This document shows, one piece after another, positions 48,256-57,579 of a stretch of 64,000 nt of DNA; position 1 is the first letter of the stretch, and each line of letters begins with the position of its first letter. The notes under the pieces are model-generated. The model saw only the letters and a program-made list of their open reading frames with translations, did not search any database and was not told the origin of the DNA. Origin of the DNA: an uncultured virus (IMG/VR IMGVR_UViG_3300042430_001364) (taxonomy: Duplodnaviria > Heunggongvirae > Uroviricota > Caudoviricetes); IMG/VR virus record IMGVR_UViG_3300042430_001364. One strand, written 5' to 3'. The translations under genes and the position numbers were made by a program.

Positions 48256-48277
48256 TTCCTTTTACCTTTAGATTATA

Positions 48278-48283
48278 TTACAC
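48278..48283 (-). promoter_or_regulatory. GTGTAA motif upstream of the tail-tip operon (putative late promoter)
   Basis: GGGTGTAATATAAT on the minus strand, 22 nt before L start, followed by AAGGA. Confidence 0.55.
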
Positions 48284-48285
48284 CC

Positions 48286-48768
48286 ATGAGTCAGAAAAAC
48301 CATATAAAAATAGACTCTTTCAAAATAACTAGGATGTATTTAAACGACATTCCAGAAGTTCTAAAGCTCGCTGTATCAGCGCAATCTAAATTTGGAGTTA
48401 CTTCAACAGTAGCTCCTTCTTTGTTTTTCAGGGAAATCGGCGCTATTCTTCAGAAAAATACTATCAGCTCTTTTGTTTTTAGAGACATGAAAGATAGAGT
48501 TTTCGCTGCTTTTATAATAGCACCAATAACAAGCGTATCCGCCGAAATCGCTCATGTATTCGTGGATAGCCAAGTAATGCAAACCTCAGAAATGCAACAA
48601 GGATTTAAAGACAAGATAGAAGAACTGAAATACAAAGAAATTGCAGCGAAAGTAATGAAGAGTCGTAAAAGATACGCTATCTACGTTAAATTTTTAAATA
48701 CTTACGGTTTCAACGAGATAGCGGACGACAATGACGCATATTTAAAACTTATTTATAGAAAAAGTTAA
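48286..48768 (+). CDS. Hypothetical protein, GNAT-like
   Basis: ITRMYLNDIPEVLKL start and FLNTYGF end pattern. Confidence 0.4.
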   Translation: MSQKNHIKIDSFKITRMYLNDIPEVLKLAVSAQSKFGVTSTVAPSLFFREIGAILQKNTISSFVFRDMKDRVFAAFIIAPITSVSAEIAHVFVDSQVMQTSEMQQGFKDKIEELKYKEIAAKVMKSRKRYAIYVKFLNTYGFNEIADDNDAYLKLIYRKS

Positions 48769-48787
48769 AGTTAATGTAATAATCATA

Positions 48788-49174
48788 ATGATTATGAACA
48801 AAATTAAACTATTCATCGTTTCGTTAATTCTAGCTGTTTTGGCTACCAAAGCTCACGCTGGTGTCCCATTTTATCTGGAATCCAAGAACAACACTGCCGC
48901 AATCGACTGGAATACTCAAACATATTCCCATGAAGCTCGCGTTGGCGTAGCTTATCCTTGGGTTTATGCCGAAGTTGGCAAAGGTCGTCAATACGTCAAC
49001 TCCTTTAACAAGGGCGAAAACATGGAGACTTTTGAACTTGGCTCCAAGATTTCAATTAAGAAAGTTGACGTTAAGCTCAAGTTTGAAGGTAGTCATGGAA
49101 AGCGGTTGAATTCTAAATTCCCGCAAAAATTCCTTGACACGGGCGGCGAAGTCCGCATTAGATATAACTTCTAA
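48788..49174 (+). CDS. Small outer-membrane beta-barrel protein
   Basis: Signal peptide ending AHA, alternating amphipathic strands, C-terminal beta-signal VRIRYNF. Confidence 0.65.
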   Translation: MIMNKIKLFIVSLILAVLATKAHAGVPFYLESKNNTAAIDWNTQTYSHEARVGVAYPWVYAEVGKGRQYVNSFNKGENMETFELGSKISIKKVDVKLKFEGSHGKRLNSKFPQKFLDTGGEVRIRYNF

Positions 49175-49599
49175 TGAAGTTTGACCGTCTCGTAAACCTA
49201 GCAAAAAATCTAATTATCTATGACGACACTGGAATCCGGTGTCGTCATTTTGCTTTTATACTGCACAAGAATCGTGTCGTTTCTATTGGGAGAAACTCAA
49301 AGAAGTCTCATCCAATCAATAGAAAGTACGGTTATTTTGAAGGAAGCGGCATTCATGCCGAAGCGTGCGCCGTCATTAAATCTGGCAAGGTAGATCACTC
49401 AAAAAATATTTTAGTTACATTTCGTATTGACAGAAACGAAAAAGTAGCTATGGGTAAACCTTGCAAGCACTGCCAAAAGCTTTTGGGCGATGTAATTTTC
49501 AAAGAAATTTACTACTCAAACGAAGAAGGCGAATTCACAAAATTTAATGAAAATCTTAATCATCGAAAGCACAAGCAAGAGAAAGCCGCTGTCAAATGA
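49174..49599 (+). CDS. Zinc-dependent cytidine/dCMP deaminase-like protein
   Basis: HAE and PCKHC motifs. Confidence 0.85.
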   Translation: MKFDRLVNLAKNLIIYDDTGIRCRHFAFILHKNRVVSIGRNSKKSHPINRKYGYFEGSGIHAEACAVIKSGKVDHSKNILVTFRIDRNEKVAMGKPCKHCQKLLGDVIFKEIYYSNEEGEFTKFNENLNHRKHKQEKAAVK

Positions 49600-50536
49600 G
49601 TTTGACGATACCTCAATCGTTCATTGCCGTAACAGCTTGATTCTGGCCGAGGCACTCGGCGCAGACTTATTGGATGGCGAATACAAACTACCACAAATCT
49701 TAGCCAACCAGTACGACATAATCATTTGCGCGTACGCTTCGCCGTATATGCCGCACGTTCCTTACCGCGAGATTCTGACGAAGAATCCAAACGCGAGGTA
49801 CGTTTGGCTTGTTAACGACCATGACATTGAAGACAATCAGCTTCTTCGCTATGGCGTAATCAATCATGGATTAAAGTATGACATGATCTGCAATAATCCT
49901 CGTAGCGGTTATCGCCACTGGATTCTCAACAAGAACATTGCGGGGAAAAAGCTGAACGACTTTATCGTTGAATGGCTAACCGTTAATCTCAATTCTTTGA
50001 TTATGGATACGCGCAATCCTACAAATCCTCAAGACAAAGAAGGAATCGTTTATTACGGTACATATCGTAAGCATCGCCAAATCTCTTTCGAGAAGTTCTT
50101 GACGGAAGGCGTGCATCTTTCTTGCTCGCCAAAGAACGTTAAGAAGTTTCAAGCAATCAACTGTAATTGTACTTTCGTCGATAAACTTTCGTGGAAGAAA
50201 AACGAAGAAGATTTGCGCAAATATAAATACTCAATCTACATTGAAGATTTGCATACGCACAACAACTATGCGTTCTTAGCTAATCGTTTTTACGAAGCTT
50301 TGATGAGTGATGTTGTAATGTTGTTTGACGCTGGATGCGAAAATACAATTAAGAATTGTGGATACACTTTATCCCCGAATGCTTTAATTGATGAAAAAAG
50401 ATTGTCAAAAGGCTTGACAAGTTATGTTTCTTCTCTCAATTACGAGGAAGAGCTAAAGCATCAAAAGCAATTCGTTGCTCAAGCTTTCGCCGAAAAATCT
50501 GACGCTATCCAAAAAATTAAAAATTTCTTAAAATGA
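49547..50536 (+). CDS. GT-B glycosyltransferase resembling T4 DNA beta-glucosyltransferase
   Basis: MKILII, QYDIII, YVWLVND, IVYYGTYR and NRFYEALMSDVVMLFD run colinear with the T4 BGT motifs as I recall them. Confidence 0.6.
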   Translation: MKILIIESTSKRKPLSNEFDDTSIVHCRNSLILAEALGADLLDGEYKLPQILANQYDIIICAYASPYMPHVPYREILTKNPNARYVWLVNDHDIEDNQLLRYGVINHGLKYDMICNNPRSGYRHWILNKNIAGKKLNDFIVEWLTVNLNSLIMDTRNPTNPQDKEGIVYYGTYRKHRQISFEKFLTEGVHLSCSPKNVKKFQAINCNCTFVDKLSWKKNEEDLRKYKYSIYIEDLHTHNNYAFLANRFYEALMSDVVMLFDAGCENTIKNCGYTLSPNALIDEKRLSKGLTSYVSSLNYEEELKHQKQFVAQAFAEKSDAIQKIKNFLK

Positions 50537-50847
50537 AGTACGAAATCACATTTGCTCTGACTGAAAAGTCACGCAAGCATCTTAACATTCAGGAGCTTAC
50601 TCCTTACAAAGCCTCAATCATTTCCACGAATGATCTCAACGATTCAAAGTTAATGCTTCTTATCACTCTTAATGAAGAAGGTCTTCCAATTGAAACTCCA
50701 AGAAGATTTGAAATGGAAGTTAAGAACGTTGGATTTGGGCTAGAAAAACTACGCATTCTTGGGTGGCTTGTCTCGCAAGATTATATTTGTGACTGCATGA
50801 TCACGCTTCATTCTTTTCGGCAACCTGACTCTGGATGGAAAAGCTAA
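50533..50847 (+). CDS. Hypothetical protein
   Basis: Coupled ORF in operon. Confidence 0.55.
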   Translation: MKYEITFALTEKSRKHLNIQELTPYKASIISTNDLNDSKLMLLITLNEEGLPIETPRRFEMEVKNVGFGLEKLRILGWLVSQDYICDCMITLHSFRQPDSGWKS

Positions 50848-51068
50848 TGAGCAAATATCTTGTAACGAAAACTTACCCTCTTCTCTGTTTTAATTACAAA
50901 GAGAACTCTCAAACTGTTCTCCCTCTTTTCTCTGGAGACGTTCTCAATGTTTTCTCCAAGTCAAAAGACTTGTTCGATCAGGAAGTAGAGTATTGGGACT
51001 TCACAAAAAATTGGTCTGCCAAAATTGATCAAGACGCGCTATCAGCATTAAAGGAAATACAGCCATGA
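50847..51068 (+). CDS. Hypothetical protein
   Basis: TAATG coupling to previous ORF. Confidence 0.55.
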   Translation: MSKYLVTKTYPLLCFNYKENSQTVLPLFSGDVLNVFSKSKDLFDQEVEYWDFTKNWSAKIDQDALSALKEIQP

Positions 51069-51718
51069 TGACATACAAAGAACAAAAAGATATTTTATAT
51101 TCCGAGTTCTCTAAAGTAAAAAAAGATTTTGAATCAATTTTAAACAAGAAGATTTCTCAAAAAAACTTTATAGAAGCTATTGTTGAAATGACCAAGTATG
51201 CAGTTAAAGTAGATTTCGAGCAAAACCTTGACCAAGAGGCAAGAAACCGAGTCGCTAACTTTTTTGCTGTTTGTCAACCTTATCTTGGCGAAGTTGTTTG
51301 GTCTAAACTCGACAATAAGAATTTAAAAGTTTGTATTAACTATGGAGAAAGCCCAATGGTTAGCTGGAACATTCCTGTTGAAACTTTCTTTATAGATCAA
51401 AATCAGTTTGAGCTTTCTGTTGGTATGTTAATGAATAGTTTTAGAGATTGTTTTCTTGGCTTATTCTTAGCTCCTAATTTGCGCCAAGCAGTATTAGAGG
51501 GCGACGAAGATGCAGTCAAAGCTCTTTATTCGTCGTTCTCTAGACCTTCGATGAACTCTACCGCAGTTAATCTAAAGTTGTTCAAAGAATGTTTTCCTGA
51601 TTTCTATGAACACATTACCACTAAGCTCGACATTATGAATCTGGAGGAAATGACTGATTTTATTAAAAATAAAAATACAGAAGGCAAAAAGCCAGCTAAA
51701 AAACGTAAAGTTAAGTAA
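51065..51718 (+). CDS. Hypothetical protein
   Basis: 217-aa coupled ORF. Confidence 0.6.
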   Translation: MMTYKEQKDILYSEFSKVKKDFESILNKKISQKNFIEAIVEMTKYAVKVDFEQNLDQEARNRVANFFAVCQPYLGEVVWSKLDNKNLKVCINYGESPMVSWNIPVETFFIDQNQFELSVGMLMNSFRDCFLGLFLAPNLRQAVLEGDEDAVKALYSSFSRPSMNSTAVNLKLFKECFPDFYEHITTKLDIMNLEEMTDFIKNKNTEGKKPAKKRKVK

Positions 51719-52380
51719 TGCCTTACTTAAACGCTAATATTCCTGTTTTTCATGCTTATTTAAAAAGCGACTTTCTTTATAATCACACTGAACATAAGAA
51801 AGAGTATATCTCTTGTGAAGTTTTTGGCGTAACTTCTTTAACTCGTCGTTGTCTTACGTTTCAGATAATGACAGAGTATGGCTCTAGGCATGATAGAGTG
51901 CCGATTCATTATTTAACTTTATCTCCAGAACATACTGACTATCCTTTAGATTGGTTACAGCTTTGGGACTGCTATTCAAATTCTTTATCGGTAACAAGAT
52001 ATGAATACCATAAGAACGCATCAGTAGAGGTGCAACTAAAGAATCACCAATGGGTTAAAGGCAAATACTTATTTACGATAGACTGGCACGATAATCCTGA
52101 TGCTGCGTTTGGCTATTCTGAAATGGCTGGAGGACACAAATGCGGCCATCTTATCTGGGGTCTTCAAGACTCAACAGGCAAAGATTGTAATCAATTATTC
52201 TTTCAGCCAAATAATAGAGTCGTTTGGAAAGATGGCGGCGCTTTTATAGCTAAAAAACTAGAGAAACCAGATTGGAAAGTCTTTGATAAAGAGTTCACTT
52301 GCGAAGGTAAAGGCAAGTGGGTTGCTTTAGACAACGACGATTACTTCTATCAATTCAAAGAAGCCGATAAAAAAGTGTAA
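51718..52380 (+). CDS. Conserved phage protein of unknown function
   Basis: YLNANIP..LQLWDCYS..YLFTIDW..HKCGH..QPNNRVVW pattern common in aquatic phages. Confidence 0.65.
   Translation: MPYLNANIPVFHAYLKSDFLYNHTEHKKEYISCEVFGVTSLTRRCLTFQIMTEYGSRHDRVPIHYLTLSPEHTDYPLDWLQLWDCYSNSLSVTRYEYHKNASVEVQLKNHQWVKGKYLFTIDWHDNPDAAFGYSEMAGGHKCGHLIWGLQDSTGKDCNQLFFQPNNRVVWKDGGAFIAKKLEKPDWKVFDKEFTCEGKGKWVALDNDDYFYQFKEADKKV
52375..52380 (+). promoter_or_regulatory. GTGTAA motif upstream of the csgF operon
   Basis: 11 nt before GTG 52392. Confidence 0.55.
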
Positions 52381-52391
52381 TAGTATGATAA

Positions 52392-52847
52392 GTGAAGACA
52401 CCATTTTTTCTAATTTTATTTATTTTTATTTCCAGTTTGCATGGAAGCGAGATGGTTCATGGCTTCAAGTCTCCGATTTTCAACGGAGCTAACTTTTCTG
52501 GACACGTTCTCACTGTAGAGAACTTAGCGAGAACTCGTAAGCAAGCTGTTAAGGATAACTTAAGAGCTGATCTTGAACAACAAAAGATTCAAGCTACAAA
52601 TACTCCGCTTAATACTTTCATAAACAACTTACAGGCAAGAATTTATTCTCAATTAGCCTCACAAGTTACGGATCAGATTTTCAATTCAAACGGCGAAACG
52701 TTTGGTATTATTAATTTACAAGGTGGCGCAACAGTCACTTGGCAAAAGAACGGCGATTTAGTAACGCTGTATATTAACGACCCAGCAACAGGCAGTTCGA
52801 CGCAAATTCAACTTCCTGTTGGAGTCCTCAAACCAGGAGGTGGATAA
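52392..52847 (+). CDS. csgF: Curli assembly protein CsgF-like
   Basis: Signal peptide, then SEMVHGFKSPIFNG; FINNLQARIYSQLASQ; C-terminal DPATGSSTQIQLP. Confidence 0.8.
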   Translation: MKTPFFLILFIFISSLHGSEMVHGFKSPIFNGANFSGHVLTVENLARTRKQAVKDNLRADLEQQKIQATNTPLNTFINNLQARIYSQLASQVTDQIFNSNGETFGIINLQGGATVTWQKNGDLVTLYINDPATGSSTQIQLPVGVLKPGGG

Positions 52848-52849
52848 GA

Positions 52850-53644
52850 ATGAGATGGTTAACTCCATTCTTGCTTCTTTTCCTAGTAGGTTGCTCATCT
52901 TTTCCACAAAAACCTGCTATATTAGAGAAGCCTAAGCTGCAAGCTCCACCTTTGGAGCAGCAGTTGCGTAATTTGCCGCCTCCAGAGAGCGCTAGAATCA
53001 GCATTGCCATCTATTCCTTCGTTGATAAGACTGGCCAACGCAAAACTGTAGATTCCTACGCCTCTTTCTCTTCCGCAGTCACGCAAGGCGCGGAAAGCTG
53101 GGTTATAGACGCTTTGCGCATTGCTGGCAACGGTCAATGGTTTCAGGTGCTAGAGCGCACCAGTTTGGACAATATCATTAGAGAACGGCAGCTAATCAAC
53201 CAAACAAGAGAGACCTTTCAAGGCAGAGACGCTGAAAAGCTCGCTCCTATGCTGTTTGCTGGCATTATCGCAGAAGGCGGCATCATTGGCTACGACACCA
53301 ACATAATTACTGGTGGAGCTGGCGCAAGCGTTCTTGGCATATCGTCTAGTACTCAATACCGCAAAGACGTTGTTACAGTGTCGCTTCGTTTCGTTAGTGT
53401 ACAAACAGGCGAGATATTACTTAGCGTAGCTGTAACTAAAACAATTTCTAGTGTCGCGGTTTCAGGTAATCTATTCAAGTTCTACGAACACGGCGTAACT
53501 CCTGTGGAAGCTGAACTTGGATTAACTGCCAACGAACCAAATACAATAGCTGTTAGAAGTGCTATTGAGCAAGCAGTGATAGAGATAGTAGATCAAGGGC
53601 AGAAATCGGGACTCTGGAAATACAAAACCCCTCAAAAACAATGA
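52850..53644 (+). CDS. csgG: Curli secretion channel CsgG (outer-membrane lipoprotein)
   Basis: Lipobox LVGC; AIYSFVDKTGQRK, FSSAVTQGA, WFQVLER, EGGIIGYD, QYRKDVVTVSLR, NEP. Confidence 0.92.
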   Translation: MRWLTPFLLLFLVGCSSFPQKPAILEKPKLQAPPLEQQLRNLPPPESARISIAIYSFVDKTGQRKTVDSYASFSSAVTQGAESWVIDALRIAGNGQWFQVLERTSLDNIIRERQLINQTRETFQGRDAEKLAPMLFAGIIAEGGIIGYDTNIITGGAGASVLGISSSTQYRKDVVTVSLRFVSVQTGEILLSVAVTKTISSVAVSGNLFKFYEHGVTPVEAELGLTANEPNTIAVRSAIEQAVIEIVDQGQKSGLWKYKTPQKQ

Positions 53645-54357
53645 AAATCAAAATATTAGTTTTATATGTATTTTTATCAGCCCTTTGCTTTGGGCAAAAT
53701 CAAATATACATTAACCAAATCACCACTACTGGTACAACAACTATTGTTCAAACTGGTAGCGTTAATAAAATTGGTTCGTCTGGCACTCCCAGCGAAATAA
53801 CATCCGACAATCTCTCTTTCGAGATGAGACAAGTTGGAGACAATAACGAAGCCAACTTCTCTATGATCGGTAACAACTTAACGCTTAAATCTATTACCAC
53901 TGGCAATAGCAACAACTTAAAGATGTTCACGAACGGAGCAAATAACGATATTGACTTAACCTTTACTGGTAATTCAAATACATTTTTGCTCAATAAAGAC
54001 GCTATCGCTAACAGCACCGACAAAGCGACCACTGTTAATGGCGATGTCAAATTCGTCGTTACTGGTAGCAGCAATGTAATGAAAGTTGGAATTGATGATG
54101 GCAAATATAACGAACTAGATTATACCATCACTGGTTCAAGCAACACGCTAACTACAACTCAAGCAGGTAATCCGAGCGGTAATGCTGCTGGTAGCGGTCA
54201 TAGTCAAGTTGTAACTGTTTTAGGAAGCTCTAACACAATGACTTTCCAACAAGCAGGTTTAGAAAAACAAACCTTGACCTACAATTTGACTGGCAGCTTC
54301 AATACAGTTTCTATTCAACAAGGCACAACTGCTGCTAATTTAACTCCTTTTCCATAA
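53641..54357 (+). CDS. Curlin-like (CsgA/CsgB-type) secreted beta-solenoid protein
   Basis: Signal peptide and many QxGxxN / TGxSN repeats, Asn/Thr/Gly-rich, directly after csgG. Confidence 0.75.
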   Translation: MKIKILVLYVFLSALCFGQNQIYINQITTTGTTTIVQTGSVNKIGSSGTPSEITSDNLSFEMRQVGDNNEANFSMIGNNLTLKSITTGNSNNLKMFTNGANNDIDLTFTGNSNTFLLNKDAIANSTDKATTVNGDVKFVVTGSSNVMKVGIDDGKYNELDYTITGSSNTLTTTQAGNPSGNAAGSGHSQVVTVLGSSNTMTFQQAGLEKQTLTYNLTGSFNTVSIQQGTTAANLTPFP

Positions 54358-54358
54358 C

Positions 54359-55534
54359 TTGAGAATTGCCGTTATATTTTTATTAACGGCTTTATCTCTT
54401 TTTGGTTCATCTGGTAAAATAACAGAGGCTACTGGGCCAACTCAAATTACCAGAGATAAGGATAAGATCGAGGGCAAAGCTAACGTTGGGATTGAGATGT
54501 TCGATACAATCGAAACACTTCGATCTCGCGTTGACATTTCCTTTGTGGATGACACAAGAGTTCAAATCACAGAGTTCTCTAAACTTAAGATTGATGAATT
54601 CGTTTATGATCCGTCAAGCGGCAAAGGCTCTTTGTCTATCAAAGCTGCATCAGGAACCATTAGATACACTTCTGGATTAATCGCCAAGAACAGCAAAGAA
54701 AACGTAAAGATTAAAACTCCAACCGCTGTTGTGTCAGTAAGAGGAACTGACTTTTCTATGAGCGTTGGAGAAGATGGCAAAAGTTTAATTGTTCTTTTGC
54801 CGTCGCTTCCAGCGTTAACTGGCTCGCCTCCAGTGGTAGGCTCTATCGAAGTTACAAATGCGAGCGGAACAGTAGTGTTGAATCAGGCGTATCAAGCCAC
54901 TTTCATTTCTTCCGCTTTCTCTAATCCAACGTTGCCAGTTATTCTTGATTTAACCGATGAATCAAAGATCAATAATAATCTTCTTGTAGAGAGTAATAAA
55001 TCTATTACGAAGAATAGCAAAGAAACAAAAAAAGTTTCTTCTGAAAAAGATAAAGTTGAAGACAAGAAAGACGACAAATCAAATAAGAAAGCTGGAGACA
55101 CTAAAACTCAAGTGGCGCAACAAACTGCTGCTGAATCAGTAGCAGAAGCCGCAAGCACAACAACAGATGCCCCGCCTCCAGCTAAACAAGAAACAGAAGT
55201 TGCCCAAATAAAACTAGATGCTAAAATAGAAGCTCCAACAGTTGAAGCTCCAAAAGTAGAAGTTCAAACACCAGTGGTTGTTAAAGAAGTTCCTAAAATT
55301 GAAGTTCCTTCGATCACGAATCCAATTCAGACAAATAATATAACATCAGGAACAACTACCGTTAACAACGGATTCACTACTGATGGAAAGTACGCTTCAT
55401 TATATTTATCTACTGATAAAGGTGTAATCAGATTTACCACCAAATACGACGCTAACTCTACCGTTACCGTTAACGGTCAAGCTTATGTTTTAAACTTTGG
55501 GGAAAAAAGTAAAGTTTACATTACTCAGAGATGA
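54359..55534 (+). CDS. Periplasmic FecR-domain protein with long low-complexity linker
   Basis: Signal peptide; FVDDTRVQITEFSKLKIDEFVYDP, IKTPTAVVSVRGTDF; K/E/A/P-rich tail. Confidence 0.85.
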   Translation: MRIAVIFLLTALSLFGSSGKITEATGPTQITRDKDKIEGKANVGIEMFDTIETLRSRVDISFVDDTRVQITEFSKLKIDEFVYDPSSGKGSLSIKAASGTIRYTSGLIAKNSKENVKIKTPTAVVSVRGTDFSMSVGEDGKSLIVLLPSLPALTGSPPVVGSIEVTNASGTVVLNQAYQATFISSAFSNPTLPVILDLTDESKINNNLLVESNKSITKNSKETKKVSSEKDKVEDKKDDKSNKKAGDTKTQVAQQTAAESVAEAASTTTDAPPPAKQETEVAQIKLDAKIEAPTVEAPKVEVQTPVVVKEVPKIEVPSITNPIQTNNITSGTTTVNNGFTTDGKYASLYLSTDKGVIRFTTKYDANSTVTVNGQAYVLNFGEKSKVYITQR

Positions 55535-57579
55535 AGAAATATAAAATCTATACCGCAATAGCTTCGCTGTTAGTTTTGATCTGCCTCTTAACTTTAAGAG
55601 TTAAAGACCCATTTTTCGTTGAGACTGCAAGACTAAAAACGCTAGATTACTATCAAATCACTCAAGAGAAAGTAAAAAGCGAAAGTGTTGTAGTTGTTGA
55701 GATAGATGAGAAAACTCTTGAGAAGCATGGTCAATGGCCTTTCCCAAGACAAATCTTAGCTAGCGCAATAACAAAAGCATTTGATAACGGCGCAGAGATT
55801 GTTGTGTTGCCAATTATCTTTGCTGAGAACGACAGATTCAATGGAGACTCTGCGCTAAAAGAAACTTTCGGCAAATATCCTGTAATCATTAGTCAGTCTG
55901 CGGCAAATAAAGGAAAAGGCTCGCCTGTGCCTAGAGGAGTGTCAGTAATCGGCGGCGGCATAGATGAGTGGCTATTTGATTATCCTGCGGCGATTGGGCC
56001 AACAAAAGAGCTTGGCGAAGCTGCGGCTGGCGTTGGTATGCTGCTAACAGCTCCAGAAGTTGACGGCGTAGTTAGAAGATTGCCGCTTATCGTGCAAGTG
56101 AACAAAGAACTTTATCCAACACTGCCATTAGAAATCTTGCGCGTAGCTTCTAATGATCCAAGCTATCAAGCAAAAGTTAATCAATCTGGCGTAGCTGCAA
56201 TTCGCATTCCCAAATTTAAAACAATTAAAACTGACGAGAATGGGCGAGTTTGGTTGAACTTCAAATACACTTTTGATTCTTTTTCCTTCACCAAAGAAGA
56301 TTGGTCTGAGGTTAAAGGCAAAATTGTTATGATTGCGCCAACGGCAGAAGGTCTTTCAAACACTGTTGCAACATCAGTTAACATTAAGAATGGCTACGAA
56401 ATTCCTTTGTTTGCCGCACAAATGCTTTTAGATGACTCAAGATTAGAAAGACCATCAGAGTTTAACACTTACGAGATTCTTTATGGTTTAGTCGCGGCGT
56501 TAGTTGTTATCGTCGCTTTCATTTGGCTGAACTACTTAATTTGTGCTGGGCTATCTATCGCTTTGATGATTGCGCCTGTGGCCTATGGCGTCAAAGCTTT
56601 TAGCAACGGACTTCTTTTTGATTACAGTTGGATAGTTGCCGCTCTTTTCATCTGCTTTTCTGTGTCTGCGTTTATGCGTTTCATCAATGAATTTAAACAG
56701 AAACAACAAATTAGAAAGCAGTTTGAACACTATCTTGCTCCTGCAATGGTCAAAAAGCTGCAATCTAATCCAGAGCTTTTAAAACTTGGCGGCGAAACCA
56801 AAGACTTGACGATCTTATTCTCTGATGTTCGCGGATTTACAGCACTTAGCGAGCACTTTAAAACTGACCCGCAAGGTTTAACTTCTCTAATAAACCGTTA
56901 CATGACTCCTATGCTAAAATTAGTTATGAGCAAAGATGGAACTGTTGATAAACTGATTGGAGATGCAGTAATGGCTTTTTGGAATGCTCCTGTTGATGTT
57001 GCTCGCCACAAAGAATTAGCTATCGAGTGTGCCGTTGAGATGTTCACGAAACTTGATGAGCTAAATAAACAACTTGCATTGGAAAAATTACCGCAACTTT
57101 CGATTGGCGTAGGAGTCAATTCTGGTTCAGTTGTAGTTGGAAACATGGGTTCCGAAAATCGCTTTGACTATACTTGCCTTGGAGACGCTGTTAATCTTTC
57201 GTCGCGTTTAGAAGGCCAAAGCAAGCCTTACCACGTTGAAATTGTTATCGGCGAGCAAACCGTGAAAGGCATCGAGAACTCTTTCAATTTCCTAGAGTTA
57301 GACAACATTGCCGTCAAAGGCAAAAAAGAAGGCGTCAAAATCTATACCGTAATTGCGAACGACGAGAAGGCAAATAAGATTGTTTCTCATCACAAGAAGA
57401 TGATGGAGTTCTACTACGAGATGAACTGGCAAGAAGCGGAAATCTATTTGACTAGACTAAAAACGGAAAACTCAAAGATGATGAGGTACTACGAGATGAT
57501 GGAAAGCCGAATTTCTGAACTCAAAACCGCAAACTTGCCTAAAGATTGGGATGGCGTTTATCACGCAACTAGCAAGTAA
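55531..57579 (+). CDS. CHASE2-domain class III adenylate cyclase
   Basis: VVVEIDE..GQWPFPR, DGVVRR (CHASE2); 3 TMs; LFSDVRGFT, DKLIGDAVMAFWNAP, GNMGS..DYTCLGDAVNLSSRLE, VKGK. Confidence 0.93.
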   Translation: MKKYKIYTAIASLLVLICLLTLRVKDPFFVETARLKTLDYYQITQEKVKSESVVVVEIDEKTLEKHGQWPFPRQILASAITKAFDNGAEIVVLPIIFAENDRFNGDSALKETFGKYPVIISQSAANKGKGSPVPRGVSVIGGGIDEWLFDYPAAIGPTKELGEAAAGVGMLLTAPEVDGVVRRLPLIVQVNKELYPTLPLEILRVASNDPSYQAKVNQSGVAAIRIPKFKTIKTDENGRVWLNFKYTFDSFSFTKEDWSEVKGKIVMIAPTAEGLSNTVATSVNIKNGYEIPLFAAQMLLDDSRLERPSEFNTYEILYGLVAALVVIVAFIWLNYLICAGLSIALMIAPVAYGVKAFSNGLLFDYSWIVAALFICFSVSAFMRFINEFKQKQQIRKQFEHYLAPAMVKKLQSNPELLKLGGETKDLTILFSDVRGFTALSEHFKTDPQGLTSLINRYMTPMLKLVMSKDGTVDKLIGDAVMAFWNAPVDVARHKELAIECAVEMFTKLDELNKQLALEKLPQLSIGVGVNSGSVVVGNMGSENRFDYTCLGDAVNLSSRLEGQSKPYHVEIVIGEQTVKGIENSFNFLELDNIAVKGKKEGVKIYTVIANDEKANKIVSHHKKMMEFYYEMNWQEAEIYLTRLKTENSKMMRYYEMMESRISELKTANLPKDWDGVYHATSK

